DNA of 64,000 nt from Lingula anatina (lineage: Eukaryota > Animalia > Brachiopoda). The DNA lies in contig CM120640.1 in NCBI GenBank assembly GCA_051362555.1, positions 59,188,788 to 59,252,787 on the forward strand, in the 5' to 3' direction. Under the pieces are notes generated by a model, which was not told the DNA's origin, searched no databases, and saw nothing but the letters and a program-made list of their open reading frames with translations. Both the position numbers and the translations under genes were made by a program. Positions 40,801 to 59,500 of this stretch are shown one piece after another; the first letter of the stretch is position 1, and every line of letters starts with the position of its first letter.

Positions 40801-41509
40801 TGTATAACAGGAATAGCAAAAGCTGCTGTTTTCCCTGAGCCAGTTCTTGCTCTGGCTAGAATGTCCTTTCCTTCCAGAGACAGCGGTATTGCACGCTCCT
40901 GAATAAGGGTGGGCTTGGACCAACCAAGTTTTGCTATAGCCTTCAAGATAATATATCTAAATATAATTTCTTCCCAAAAAGTTTCAATGTGAAAATTGTA
41001 ACATACTGCATATCAACGGCTACATGCCTCTAAGTGCTACGCTGCATAAGCAGATCAGGTGATAATTATAAATTCAAGGACTCTTAGGTAGGCATTTTTG
41101 GTACTATAGGAACTTGCCTTGCCATCTGTTGTACGTCCTGAAATCACGACTCCCGACCACACACACACACACACACACGTACACATATACACACACAAAA
41201 CCCCTCCACTTGTACTGAAATACGTCGTAACTTATACACTACTACCACACAATGTGAAGCCACCGAAGCCTGTATTACATGTAGCCACCGGTACATGTGT
41301 CGATCAGTGTACGTGATTGTGATCGAATGGGTCTGTACCTGCCATAGTGTGTTGGCAGGTATATTTAAGTTTATAATTGAAGCTATACGTATATTGTAAT
41401 AATCTTCATAACTGTTTACAAAAACGGCATATAATACCTTTTGAAGTCTGTCATCGAGGCCCATATCATGGAAATTGAGTAATTTCCCTTCTTCGTCTGC
41501 TTCGTTCAT
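25872..41509 (-). CDS. DDX56: DEAD-box RNA helicase DDX56/Dbp9, 17 exons
   Basis: Exons 41509-41438, 40940-40779, 40584-40504, 40312-40239, 40072-39902, 39686-39596, 39425-39361, 29246-29142, 28823-28752, 28578-28465, 28263-28144, 27839-27739, 27459-27386, 27222-27133, 26926-26821, 26635-26538, 25940-25872. Motifs [41 protein letters not shown], plus DDX56-type [32 protein letters not shown]. Confidence 0.96.
26037..26414. mobile_element. Possible Kolobok-type MITE in the last DDX56 intron
   Basis: TTAA|AGGTACATTC ... GTATGCATCT|TTAA: TTAA on both sides with an imperfect (7/10) TIR. Confidence 0.45.
30862..33329 (+). pseudogene. Interrupted 5' coding part of the Sola2-like transposase
   Basis: ATG 30862 MMAEDNCSS, phase-1 intron 30890-31126 (GTAAG...TTTTAG), exon 31127-~31176 [21 protein letters not shown] insertion, then 33128-33329 [11 protein letters not shown]...[26 protein letters not shown], second HINE, then the 735-aa ORF. 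Confidence 0.7.
31177..33127 (-). mobile_element. Helentron-associated MITE (HINE family A), composite copy 1
   Basis: Terminal hairpin GGCAGC-AAA-GCTGTC beside subTIR TGTACAGACA at the left; palindrome TGTACAGACAC-ATCT-GTGTCTGTACA at the right; GGCGAC microsatellite; ~160-bp core repeats with TTCGAACTTGACC; inserted in an A-run without TSD. Confidence 0.8.
33330..36157 (-). mobile_element. HINE family A, composite copy 2
   Basis: Same termini, microsatellite and ~160-bp core units (35610, 35770, 35929) as copy 1; internal extra 5' end at ~34850-34955. Confidence 0.8.
36168..38375 (+). CDS. Sola2-like DDD transposase, intact 735-aa ORF (C-terminal part of the interrupted gene)
   Basis: Cys-rich CCCEYCEN...[10 protein letters not shown], candidate catalytic motifs [26 protein letters not shown], then [10 protein letters not shown] and SCFCEAC; lies between TIRs with a 4-bp TSD. 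Family assignment is from recalled motifs. Confidence 0.8.
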   Translation: MIRIGFGHRNTARKKKEKGEPVNANPTVNTRSSLAAKRKKERERKRKYRSALTPQKRAAINLKRRKRVHTKTDAAVLETMSKPANKENEYVKPASSKGFLNRSTKAKAVRRVKQVMPKSPSKYADVAEFLFNVTSPRRRERLDLKGLYITKERKGMQARENYHKEMQNKFKETKASRKKAKLQTKADYCRFFLDCNRGMKIADLRKMLNVSWNYVRKCLYQLDRDQPISPKKRSDAVPAELIQIIQNFLNRGDIAREEPAARNVGAKDQQPRRYMCKTMKEAWVQFKEETSTSISYSKFCCFRPKHTKCMAKDRFKTCCCEYCENITLKKKAVNSVLQTAGHGEMFLGSKFAIADMTCCAPNPVLHLHNKACIDRECENCGISKFHEVMVPMLDNLSDTQTTWSAWQSEKSTYKNKQGMEVTTNKQVLVKIDGPFSQLIAELEEDLHTFAWHLANYQWQQRQFDKLTRDVPTGWLVMCMDYGENFTCAYQDEAQGAHWSRQQITIHPVVCYYRCPDHPEVTTQETFCFISNDLKHDSHGVQHFQQQALQTLLERGINVTQIIHFSDGCPSQYKGKASFIDLSFAKDDTGIPTEKHFFGSRHGKGPCDREIGVVKRLARQAVLRRKCIIATAQDLYEYGCSSLTKPADNSHSHTCRQFFFVREGTIVRDRPDRTGGKGIPGTRKLHCVQGHSPFIVSYKERSCFCEACVTLEGECTNKSFVGDWKEVSLKVNRRQK

Positions 41510-41672
41510 GTTTACAGTGGAAGGCACATGTGCTCATACGGGTTATTAAAATTTACCCTATACCCAAATTATTAAAACCCTCGTTTTCAAATCTGTAACG
41601 TCTTATGTACGTTTCCGGAAACGACTGCAAATCGTATTGTAAGGAATAAGGTCATACGCCATCACAGAGAAA
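41510..41672. promoter_or_regulatory. Putative bidirectional promoter DDX56/DHX15
   Basis: Divergent ATGs only 163 bp apart; palindromic ETS-like TTCCGGAA at 41613-41620. Confidence 0.75.
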
Positions 41673-48731
<7,059 letters not shown>

Positions 48732-50517
48732 CTTTACATCCTATGTAGTCAAGAGTTTGTTCAACAGACATGTACATGTAAATTCATTCAAGAACTAATC
48801 GTAAAACAAAGAAATGGTTTTTGAGATGATAAATCAAGCATGGACATTTTATTCTGAAGTTTGGCAGATGTAATATACGTAAAATATGTTCTCTACTGAC
48901 AATCTCACAGTAACACCACCTTTTATTAAGAGTAAAGGTTGACAGTGAACATTTCTGGAGAACAATGAAGAGCATTGTCATTCATAACAGATCTTTCTAA
49001 AGACTTCTCTTTTTTGCCCTTAAAGTTTTATTCCCCTAAATTGTAAAAGTCATGCTAGTATGAGATACATGTTTGTTAATTGTATAGCTGAAATGAAAAT
49101 TTGTTTTCAGCGAGAAGCAAATGCTAATGATAAAATGTCTTCAATGTGGTTCAATCAATATACAGTATGTACTATGGAACAAAGATTTATTGTCACATAA
49201 GCATTTTTAGTTCTTAGTTTTCACGGAACATTGCCCTTTCTATGGTGAGCATTTTGGAAACTGGCATTAACATCTTGTTGATCTGTATTAAAAATACCCC
49301 CAGTTAAACAGTTAACAAAAATGTGTTGCCAATGTATCAAAGAACACTTCAATCAGTATCTCTTGTATTCCAGTGGCAAGTCATTTTGATTTTTGGCAGC
49401 TAAATGAATTGTCAACAGCATTAAATTAATAGATAACATACTTTTTTCACATAATTTATTTCACAGTTCACTCACTAATCTCACAAAATGGTATGATGAC
49501 AAAATAAAAACTGATTGCATTCACTGGTAATGAAAATAACTTTGCCCAAGTTACATGAATTAAATATTAAAATGGATGACACAGACGTAGGTACGTGGGA
49601 TACAAATGTGCGCCACTTCTAAAAATCCACATGCTTAATAAAAGTATGTGGCAACTGCCGATAGACAATTTAATTTATGAGTACAAAATTAAGGCCTTCA
49701 TATCACTTGGAAAAAGCTGTCTGGGACTACAAGTTGGCACAAAGGTGAAAAACATTTTATCAAGTATGAAAATATCCCCTTTAATACAGTTTTTGTCCTT
49801 TATGCTTTATAAGGGGTAAACTTCAGTGACTCGTAATTGGTTAAAATTCATCCATTAAACAAATGTGGGCACAGTTGGTGATTTATAAAGCATATTCAAT
49901 TTACAGCATCATTCCACATCTTTTTATTCCAGATTAGTCAAAAAAATTTGTAGGCACCTTAAACTAATCTTATAAGCTTAACAGTCTTAATGTGTAAAAA
50001 CAGTACGTCTGACAGTGACAGCAATTACAAGAATGTGCTTTACTGCAGAACATTGCGCCCAGCAGCTATTGAACTTAACAGAAAAAAAATACTGGTAAGT
50101 TTTGTAACCAACAGAAGATTTTTTCTTACAATATGAACTTGATAACAATCAAAACATTTTTGGGGGTACTAAAATATGCATGTTTACGTAAGACTCCATG
50201 CAAAAAGTAACCTTGAACACACTACATAGCAAAATATCCTCTCCTAAATTTACAAGTTTAATGGCCAAGAATAAATTAACAGAATTTACATTCATTCCTA
50301 GCTGAAATTATGCCTCTGTTTTTTACCAGATTGGTAGATAGCTCCTCTTTACCTATAATCTGTCCCTTTGTAGCCTGATTTAAACATCTTGTGCACCGAC
50401 TGGTCAAAGTAATTGCAATGTTAACTCTTCTGATGGTGTATTTCACATAAATGCCTTCTTACACAGAACTTTCATTATTGAAAAATTGGTAGTGAGTTGA
50501 AATTATTGTTTCACTTA

Positions 50518-53500
50518 TCATACAGAACCATACTCTGTCATCCTCTTATACTGGTTACCAGAGCCCCTCGTTTCATGGGCAAAACAGGCAAAACCAATGG
50601 CAATGGCTAGAAATATTATGAAGAGGATGACCAGAGCAATGAAAACACCTAAAGAGAATGCAGGAGTATTTGGCTCTGATGAGATGCTGTTGGTAGCATT
50701 TAGCATGAATCCTAAGGCCCATCCTATGGTTTTACCATTCACCTACGTGGTAGGAAAGAAAAAATAAAACTTAAAGAACATAATCATGGTAACTGTAAAC
50801 TCCTGTTCAACTTGCCTTTGACTTCAAAGCCCACTTTCGCGGATTAATATCAAGCTCACAAAGGAATAAATGTTTATTTAACGTTACAAATAAGATAATG
50901 GTCCAATGGTAAAAGGACAACTATTTGACTATTTGAGAGTGAAACTTACATCTCCTTTGAATGTGATTGTGTGCCAGTTTTCTTTAGTGAAATTGTATCC
51001 TTTGGTCAGGATGGTGTGGACATAGTGAGCATCAAAACAGTACAATTCCAACTGGTCTGCATATTCTGGGGCTATGGGGATATCTTTCATCTAGAAAATA
51101 ATTACTTAATCATAGTTTAAAAAAAACATTCACAACAGTGTTTTTTTTTTTTTCAATAATTAAACAAACCATTTAGAACAGTTGTTCAGTTTTAACCTGT
51201 CATGATAATGTCCTAAAATATCTATCCACATGTATCCCATTTTCAGTACAGATATCAATGTTTCTATACATTGAACACTTATTTGTAATATATAAGGTGT
51301 AAAAAATACACCTAACTGAAAACATAAATTTCTCTAAAATTATCCATCATTATTTAATGAAGTTTCATTTAATACCCTGACACATTTTTGACTTAATGGA
51401 TATTGGTAGTCTGTGTTGGTGCTTAGTAATAATAGTACAAAAAATATAAATATATAAATGCATTAAGCTATACTCTATTACCTGAGTCCAGTTCTTGCTG
51501 CAGAAGTCTTTTATGGCATACTCAAATTGTGGAAGACTGAAAGTCCCTTCTTTATTGTTCTTGGTCAGGTTTAAGAAGTCCACAACATAGAAAAATGTGG
51601 AAAAAGCCTGGAAAGTAGGAATAAATTTAAGCCATCAAAATGTATAAAGCAAAAGTCAAGATATTAAGAGATTTTCTTATGTTTTTCAACTTTTAAATAA
51701 CAAACTAGAGTGCAGTTGTACATAAATATTACTTTAACCTATGATTATAATAATACATAACTAACAAAGCTAATAGACTTGATGACAGCTAGTTAAATTC
51801 TGCATCAAAAGATAAAGCAAGTCTTTTTGATGCATACGACTTACCAAATACTGTCCATTTAGGTGTGGAATGTATTTTCCATTAAAAGAACAGGAGTGAT
51901 GAGGCCAGCTACAACTTGTAAAATTAAACAGCTTAGTCACTTGTCTTGCACATGCTGTACTGTTACTGGTGCCCACAAACCTGAAGGTGGTGTTCTGTAA
52001 GGCAATGATGAAACTATTAGTGCTAAATAGGATGTTTTATTCTGTTCAAGTGGAGAGCATTTAGAGCTTAGCTCATTAAATGGCTAAGAGAAATAAGAAG
52101 AACAATAAAAGAAATTCAATTCTTTAAAATAGCAGACAATTTTCTTAAATGTCAACAAGTGAAAAAAATTAATTAGTCAAAAAAGAATATTTTGTGTTTA
52201 TGACACATACTACTCTACACGTAATTACACAAAAGTAAATTAGATACTCTTTGTTATGTAATAAGCTAAATCAGATATCTTTATGATGTATAAGCATTGT
52301 ACAGTTGCAATCAAATGCTTATGCAGACTGAGAAATAGGAATAAATGTTTTCATGTTTACCTTATTCCAGGTAGACTTACTAAGTGTAGACTCCATTCCC
52401 CAAGCCCATAAAGCATGTGGCCCCTTGGTACAGGGAGCCTCAAAAACATCAGCATAACTGTAAGTTGTGCTCTTCCCAAGTGGACCACAAGGGTTCAGTA
52501 CCATTGTCCCATTCATTTCCTAGAAAATATAAAAAAATAAGGCCAGAAGACATAATTTTTGTGTTTTAAACACATACGTGGGCTATCCAATTATTGTTAT
52601 GCTTTTATCTTGCATCTAAACACTGATTTATCTTCAAAACCTGCACAACAAAAAATTCAAAACTAAAAAGGTATTATAAATGTCCTATGAAAATCTATCT
52701 CCTACCCTCCTTTCTATGCCATTGGTAGATAAAAAATCTGAATATAATTTTTTTTGATATTCTGCTGCCAAAACATAATTATGAAATCAACACAAAATTT
52801 CTAAAGTGTATATTACCATTTTACAAAGTTCTAATTACCTCAACAAGTACTGCCCTCATCTGTCTCTCAGCTTCCACTTTCCCATAACACAGGAAGCTAT
52901 TAGAGTAAAGATCATATTTTTCTCCATAAATGACAATGTCAGATGTATAGTTGCGAGGCAACTGATCAGGATGGGCAGGAACAAAGCTAAGCTGTGTTGA
53001 GGCTCCTCCCATATCCATAGCACCTAATGTTTCTTGGGTGCTGCCATCAAAAAATGACATCAAGTCCTGCCATTTGCTGTTTTTGTTCTAAAACAAGAAA
53101 TGTTTGTTATCAGGTTCAAAGCATATTTAAATTCAATAAATAAATTTCCAAAATCTACTACAGTCCCAACTTTATTTCTGGATCAAGTCAGATTTAAAAA
53201 AACAAAATATTAAGTAAGGCATGACTATTCTTCTTGGAACAGTATTGTTCGAATCTAAAGGATTTTTCACATTGAGTGTGGTATTATAGTGATACAGCCA
53301 TACTGGTGTGTTTTGTAAGGTTCTAGAATGTAGTTTTTCTACAGAGGAATTTTACTCCCTTTCACAGGGGGTGGGGGGTGCAGGGTCTCCTTAAAAGATA
53401 CCTTTTTTTTAATGTAATAAACAGGCTATTATGTTGTATATCTGTCAAAACATATGGGTACAGCTGTATCACCTAGATATAAGACTTGATGCTAAAAGGC

Positions 53501-56500
53501 CTACAGAACGCAATTACATGACTGAAAATTTTCTGTCTAATACTCGAAGATTGTGCAGGGCATTTAATGCTATGTTGATTCTAGTTTATGTTTTGACACT
53601 GGACCACATGTTCAGCATGACTTAACAAGGTCAATTATTGACATGATCATTACTTACAACTCTGAAGGAATTCTTCAGATGGTTGACTGTGACCCATGCA
53701 TAAGTTCCCTCTTCCCTGCCAGATATGATACGTATTTGCTTGGTGGGATTCTCCAGCAGAAAATGGTAGTCTGCTATCATACTGCGCACAGACTGAAATA
53801 TTTGCTCACTGGCATTGTGATCTACCTCACTGAAAGTAAACTGTCCATAAGGTCCAAGTATATAAAATTTTATGGCAATATATTTGCCAAACATTCAGAT
53901 TTGGCTGATTATTTGCCATTTGATTTAGTATAGGTACCTTTTTTTAATCTTTTATAATTTGTTAGCTGTAAATTTTTTTCTGGAAATAAACTGAACTAAA
54001 CAGCAAAGCTGACAAATATACAGACATCATACAGGAAACAAGGCAGCAAAGCTGTCGAATGTTCAGACATTATGCAGAAAAAAGTGCACAACAAGTGGCC
54101 AATTTTGATGCACTGTTACATAATGGTTTAAAATAGAATAATGACTCTAACCCTCTTACATTATGTGCTACAGGTAACATGGGCATTGAAAAACTAGCAA
54201 GTGATTCAGTTCCATGTGATATAAAAGCCACTGAAAATGGTAATGTGTGAACACAATAATAACCCTAAATGAAAACCAATCATGCTGATTTTAGAAATCA
54301 ATCTGCCTCTACCAATCAAAGCCAATCAATAAATTTAAAGTAAAACAAAATGTTTGGATGTTACGGGGCGACTGTCACCAAAATTGTGCAAAAAACCAAA
54401 ATAATTACTGTAAATGTAAACTTCGTAAATTTAAAGTAAAGCACAAATAGTGGGGTAGATATGGGGTAAACATCAGCAAAATTGTGAAAAAAAAAAAAAG
54501 GATAATTACAGTATAAATTTAAAGTAAAACAAAAATATGGTTTGGAAAATACAGGGCAAATATCAAAATTGTGCAAAAAAGCAGAATAATTACTGTAAAT
54601 GTAAACCAACCACGCCAATTTTCCAAAGCAATTTGCCTCTTTACCAAACAAACCCACTTAGTAAATTAAAAGTAAAACAAATAATACAGTTTGGCAGTTA
54701 TGGAGCAAATGTCATATGTTGGACTACCCTCTACCAGGGCCAGAGATTGATTTTTCACTAGATATGATTTTTCACTAGATATGTCTCTGGTTAAACAGAT
54801 GGCTAATCTCTGTACTGTCACCCTGTGCTGAAATCTCAAGGATGATTTCATGGCTGGTAATTGTTTGCATAACTACTCAGGCACTGTCACTTAAGCCCGC
54901 CGCACACAGAACAATTTTTCGCCGGCCGACAAAAGTCGGCCGATCGGTCGTCCTGGATGAGATCAGCGCACACACACGACAAGCAGTCGCAACAAAGCGC
55001 GGACTGGTGTGGTGAAAGTGACGTAGTTATTATCTCGTCTGCGAGGTGGGGCGTTGTTTAATTTAATCAGGAAAAGTTTCTATAGGCCTATTTATATTTT
55101 ATATCTGATATTGTAATGATAAGAGTTAAAATTAAATGTAAGAGTATAAAAAGATAACTTTAATTAATTTAATTGAAAAATGAGCAAATTGAAATGCCCA
55201 AATTTTCTAAATCAACGCAATACTCATAGACCATAAAAATACAGCCTATAAGATGACAACAGTTTGTCAGTTTAGACAGATTTAGTCGCCTCGATGCAGC
55301 GTTACGTTGTTAAACGGTTTATGACGCTGAAAATTTAAAAAAAAACTAATACTAATAGAAAACTAGAGGATCAGAGAGGCGATACCACCTCTGGATATTG
55401 TACCACCAGCTGGAGTAAGCTCATTCGTATGGAAAACCGAAAAAATAGGGACTCCATAAACTCCATAAACTCCATAAAATGCAATAAACAAGAATTCTCA
55501 AAATATCAAAAAAAAAAAAACATGTAAAAATGGTCCTATCAATTTTCGAATTGACCTGTATTTTCCTCACATTGATCACTCCTGTGATTTTCTAGACAAT
55601 AGGCCTTTTGGTTTTCCTTGAAATGTATTATCAGTGTTGCATATTTGCTGATAAAAAAGAAAACCAAGGGGCAACACTGGGAATATCTCTGCTAGTTTTG
55701 AAGATATGAGAGGCAAGAAAATATGCAAAGTTTAGTTCATGGTGAAAAAGAAGGTCAAAGGTCAATTTCAAGGTCACAGTATAAGACTTCCTATTCAAGT
55801 TCAATAGTAACTATAGACATTTCTTTGCCAATTTTGGAGATATAAAGGCCAGAAAACATGCAAAGTACAGTTCATCATAAAAAGTAAGTCAAAGGTCAAT
55901 TTCAAGGCCACAGTTAGATTGCCAGTATATGCTTTCCTATTTAAGTTCAATAGCAACTATGAGCCTACCTCTGTCAGTTTTCTGAGATATAAGGGTGACA
56001 AAATTTGCAAGGTTCAATTCATGGTGAAAAGTAGGTCAAAGGTCAATTTCAAGGTCACAGTAAGATTGCCCGTATATGACTTCCTACTGAAGTACAACAG
56101 TAACTATGGGCGTATCTCTGATAGTTTTAGAGATATAATGTGTGGAAAATGTGCAAAGTTTAGTTCATGGTGAAAATTAGGTCAAAGGTCAATTTCAGGA
56201 TCACAGTAAATTGCCAGTATGACTTCCAATTCAAGTTCAATAGTACCTATGGGTGAATCTTTGCCAGTTTTGGAGATATAAAGATCAGAAAACTTGCTAA
56301 GTGCAGTTCATCATGAAAAGTAGGTCAAAGGTCAATTTCAAGGTCACAGTCAGATTACCAGTATACGACTTCCTATTCAAGTTCAATAGTAACTATGGGC
56401 GTATCTCAGCTAATTTTGGAGTATTTCACATTTTATTTTCACCAATGAATATCGGATATTGAACATTTTGATATAATGAACGCCTAAGCCAAATCGAAAA

Positions 56501-59500
56501 AAGGAAAAATGGACACCACCTGTGTTGCACTTGATAAGCTCTACAAAATGCAAAAAAACAAGAGGTCTCTAGCATTAATGGTTCCAGAATTAGAGAAAGT
56601 TTTTATTTTCCACATCTAATGGATGCTACTCCCATGAAAATGCACCGATTGACCCCAAACTCAAAAAGATGAAAGATGACCCAAAGGGTAACAACTACCC
56701 ATAATATTATAGGTTAGATCTGTGAAGTTTCTGAAAATCAGCAGAAATTAAAAAAATTTCACAAAAAATTAAGATTTTTAGAAAATTTTGGGCCGTTTGA
56801 CCTTGAAATAAAGGTCAGAAGTCAAATCCAAGGGCATATTTGGAATCTTCAAATATGACTTTCGGTTAGACTTCAGTAGTAATTTTTCCCATAATTCCTT
56901 CGATTTGGGAGATATTTGGCATTGAATTTTCAAAAATTTTGACAAGGGTGTGTTTCAACGAGCGTCATGCCCAGGCCAATGCACTGACTGAGACAAAAAG
57001 AACAGGGGGTTCAAGCTGAGATTATATGTGACCTAAATCCAAGAGATGGGGACATGGGTCCTTGCAGTCTAGGAAGAGAAGCGGTAACGGTGACTTGTAT
57101 CTGGCGCCAGTACGCGGAGCCGGCAGAGCCGCAGGAGCCGGCGGAGCCGTACGAAACGGGTCGGGACTAAAACCATGAGTACCGCCAGCGTACACGCTGG
57201 TGGTACTAATTATAGGGCCTTCCATCATACTGAATTGAATTGAATTCTGACGTGGGCACGTGATATCAGATAGCACAACCATTGGCTGAAGATAATGATC
57301 AGCTTGACAAATTGTCGTAGGAAAGCTCCACGGTACGATGTTTAAAAATCAAACATGTTTGATTCTCTCCCGACTAGTTGAAAAGTTGTCGTGGAGCAGT
57401 GCAGACAGGCCAATATTTTGTCGTAAGTGTGTCGGCCGACGAAAAATCGTTCTGTGTGCGGCAGGCTTTAGCAAGTCCCTGCCAAGTCCCCTTGATAGTA
57501 ATCAAGACGGTTAATTGTTCATCTGTGACAATAAAAAAAAAGACCCTTAGCAAACAGACAACTCAAGGCAGGTTGCGTAACAAGCTGTAATCACAATGAC
57601 GCAAAGCCCAGCTCTCACTGAGCTCCTGCAGAGCAGGTACAATGCCATCTGAGTGCATGCAGATTTAATTGCTCCCATCTGGCCGAAAGTTATGGGGTTG
57701 CCTCAGCAAAAAATGTCCACAGAATAAAAACTGCAGCCCTGGTAGAGGGTAGTGTTGGACAGTGACAGCAACAGTGACAATGACATGACTGCGATGACGC
57801 GGACAGACTGACCAATCAGAATATGAAAAGACACTTACAGTGTCTGTATAGAAAAAGGTATAGATAACCTGAAGTTTATTATTAATTTCCCTTTATGTTA
57901 AAAGCCATTATTTACATAAACATACATGATATACAATTTCCGAAAGTATTCATGGAGATTTCAATCATTTGCATAAAAAAGAATTTGCTTTTGACACACT
58001 TTCAGGACATACATCTTTGTGGCTTTTCAAATAACCTACATGATGTTATGGCATTTCATGTCAAATAAAATACATTGTCATTAAAATCTTTGAGAACACA
58101 GGAAAATGGTATATAGAATCAGGAAAGACGCAATACAAGACCTGATATAAAAATGAATAATTCTAAAGAAATGAAATGAAACGTATTAATGAAAAAAAAA
58201 AAAAGGGATATATGGCTCAGTTAATTTTTTGTTAAATAGTAAAATAAAAACCAAATATCTTGGTTCATCTAAAAAGAAAACTAGAGGATCAGAGAGGCGA
58301 TACCGCCTCCGAATATTGTACCACCAGCTGGAGCAAGCGCATTCGTATAGACCCCCACATACACAAAATAAGGGACACAGCCACCAGTCTTATGCTTGAC
58401 AAGCTATAAAAATGCAATCAACAAGAATTTTCAAAATACGCAAAAAATATATATAACTTAAAATGGTACAATCAAAGTTAAGTTCATCGTAAGGTAGGTC
58501 AAAGGTCAATTTCAAGGTCACACTTAGATTGCCAGTATATGACTTCCTATTCAAGTTCAATAGTAACTATGGACCTATCTCGCTAGTTTTGGAAATAAAA
58601 GGGAACCAAAATTTGCAAAGTTCAATTCATGATAAAAAGTAGGTCAAAGGTCAATTTCAAGGTCACAGTAAGATTGCCAGTATATGACTTCCTATTCAAG
58701 TTCAATAGTAACTATGGACCTATCTCTGCCAGTTTTGGAGATAAAAGGGAACCAAAATTTGCAAAGTTCAATTCATGATAAAAAGTAGGTCAAAGGTCAA
58801 TTTCAAGGTGGTCACATTTAGATTGCCAGTATATGACTTCCTATTCAACTTCAATAGTAACTATGGACCTATCTCTGCCAGGTTTGGAGTTAAAAGAGAA
58901 AGAAATTAGCAGAGTTCAGTTCATGGTGAAAAGTAGGTCAAAGGTCAATTTTAAGGTCACATTTAGATTGCCAGTATATGACTTCCTATTCAACTTCAAT
59001 AGTAACTATGGACCTATCTCTGCTAGTTTTGGAGATAAAAGGGAAGCAAAATTTCCAAAGTTCAGTTCATGGTGAAAAGTAGGTCAAAGGTCAATTTTAA
59101 GGTCACATTTAGATTGCCAGTATATGACTTCCTATTCAAGTTCAATAGTAACTATGGACCTATCTCTGCCAGTTTTGGAGATAAAAGGGAACCAAAATTT
59201 GCAAAGTTCAATTCATGATAAAAAGTAGGTCAAAGGTCAATTTCAAGGTGGTCACATTTAGATTGCCAGTATATGACTTCCTATTCAACTTCAATAGTAA
59301 CTATGGACCTATCTCTGCCAGGTTTGGAGTTAAAAGAGAAAGAAATTAGCAGAGTTCAGTTCATGGTGAAAAGTAGGTCAAAGGTCAATTTTAAGGTCAC
59401 ATTTAGATTGCCAGTATATGACTTCCTATTCAACTTCAATAGTAACTATGGACCTATCTCTGCTAGTTTTGGAGATAAAAGGGAAGCAAAATTTCCAAAG

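Larger units (their letters stand above)
54723..57753. mobile_element. TIR MITE (CMC/CACTA- or Transib-like ends), second layer
   Basis: 18-bp perfect TIR ACTACCCTCTACCAGGGC / GCCCTGGTAGAGGGTAGT with GTTGG on both sides (or a 3-bp TTG if the true end is CACTA...TAGTG). Confidence 0.8.
54037..57850 (-). mobile_element. Older HINE-A-related element, outermost layer of a nested insertion
   Basis: AACAAGGCAGCAAAGCTGTCGAATGTTCAGACA at the left (same end as HINE-A); decayed GTGACA microsatellite and AGACAC-TTACA-GTGTCT palindrome at ~57770-57850. Confidence 0.6.

Noticed and set aside
40995-41130. Two minus-strand hairpins ending near ACA in DDX56 intron 1
   Set aside because: No ANANNA hinge between the hairpins.
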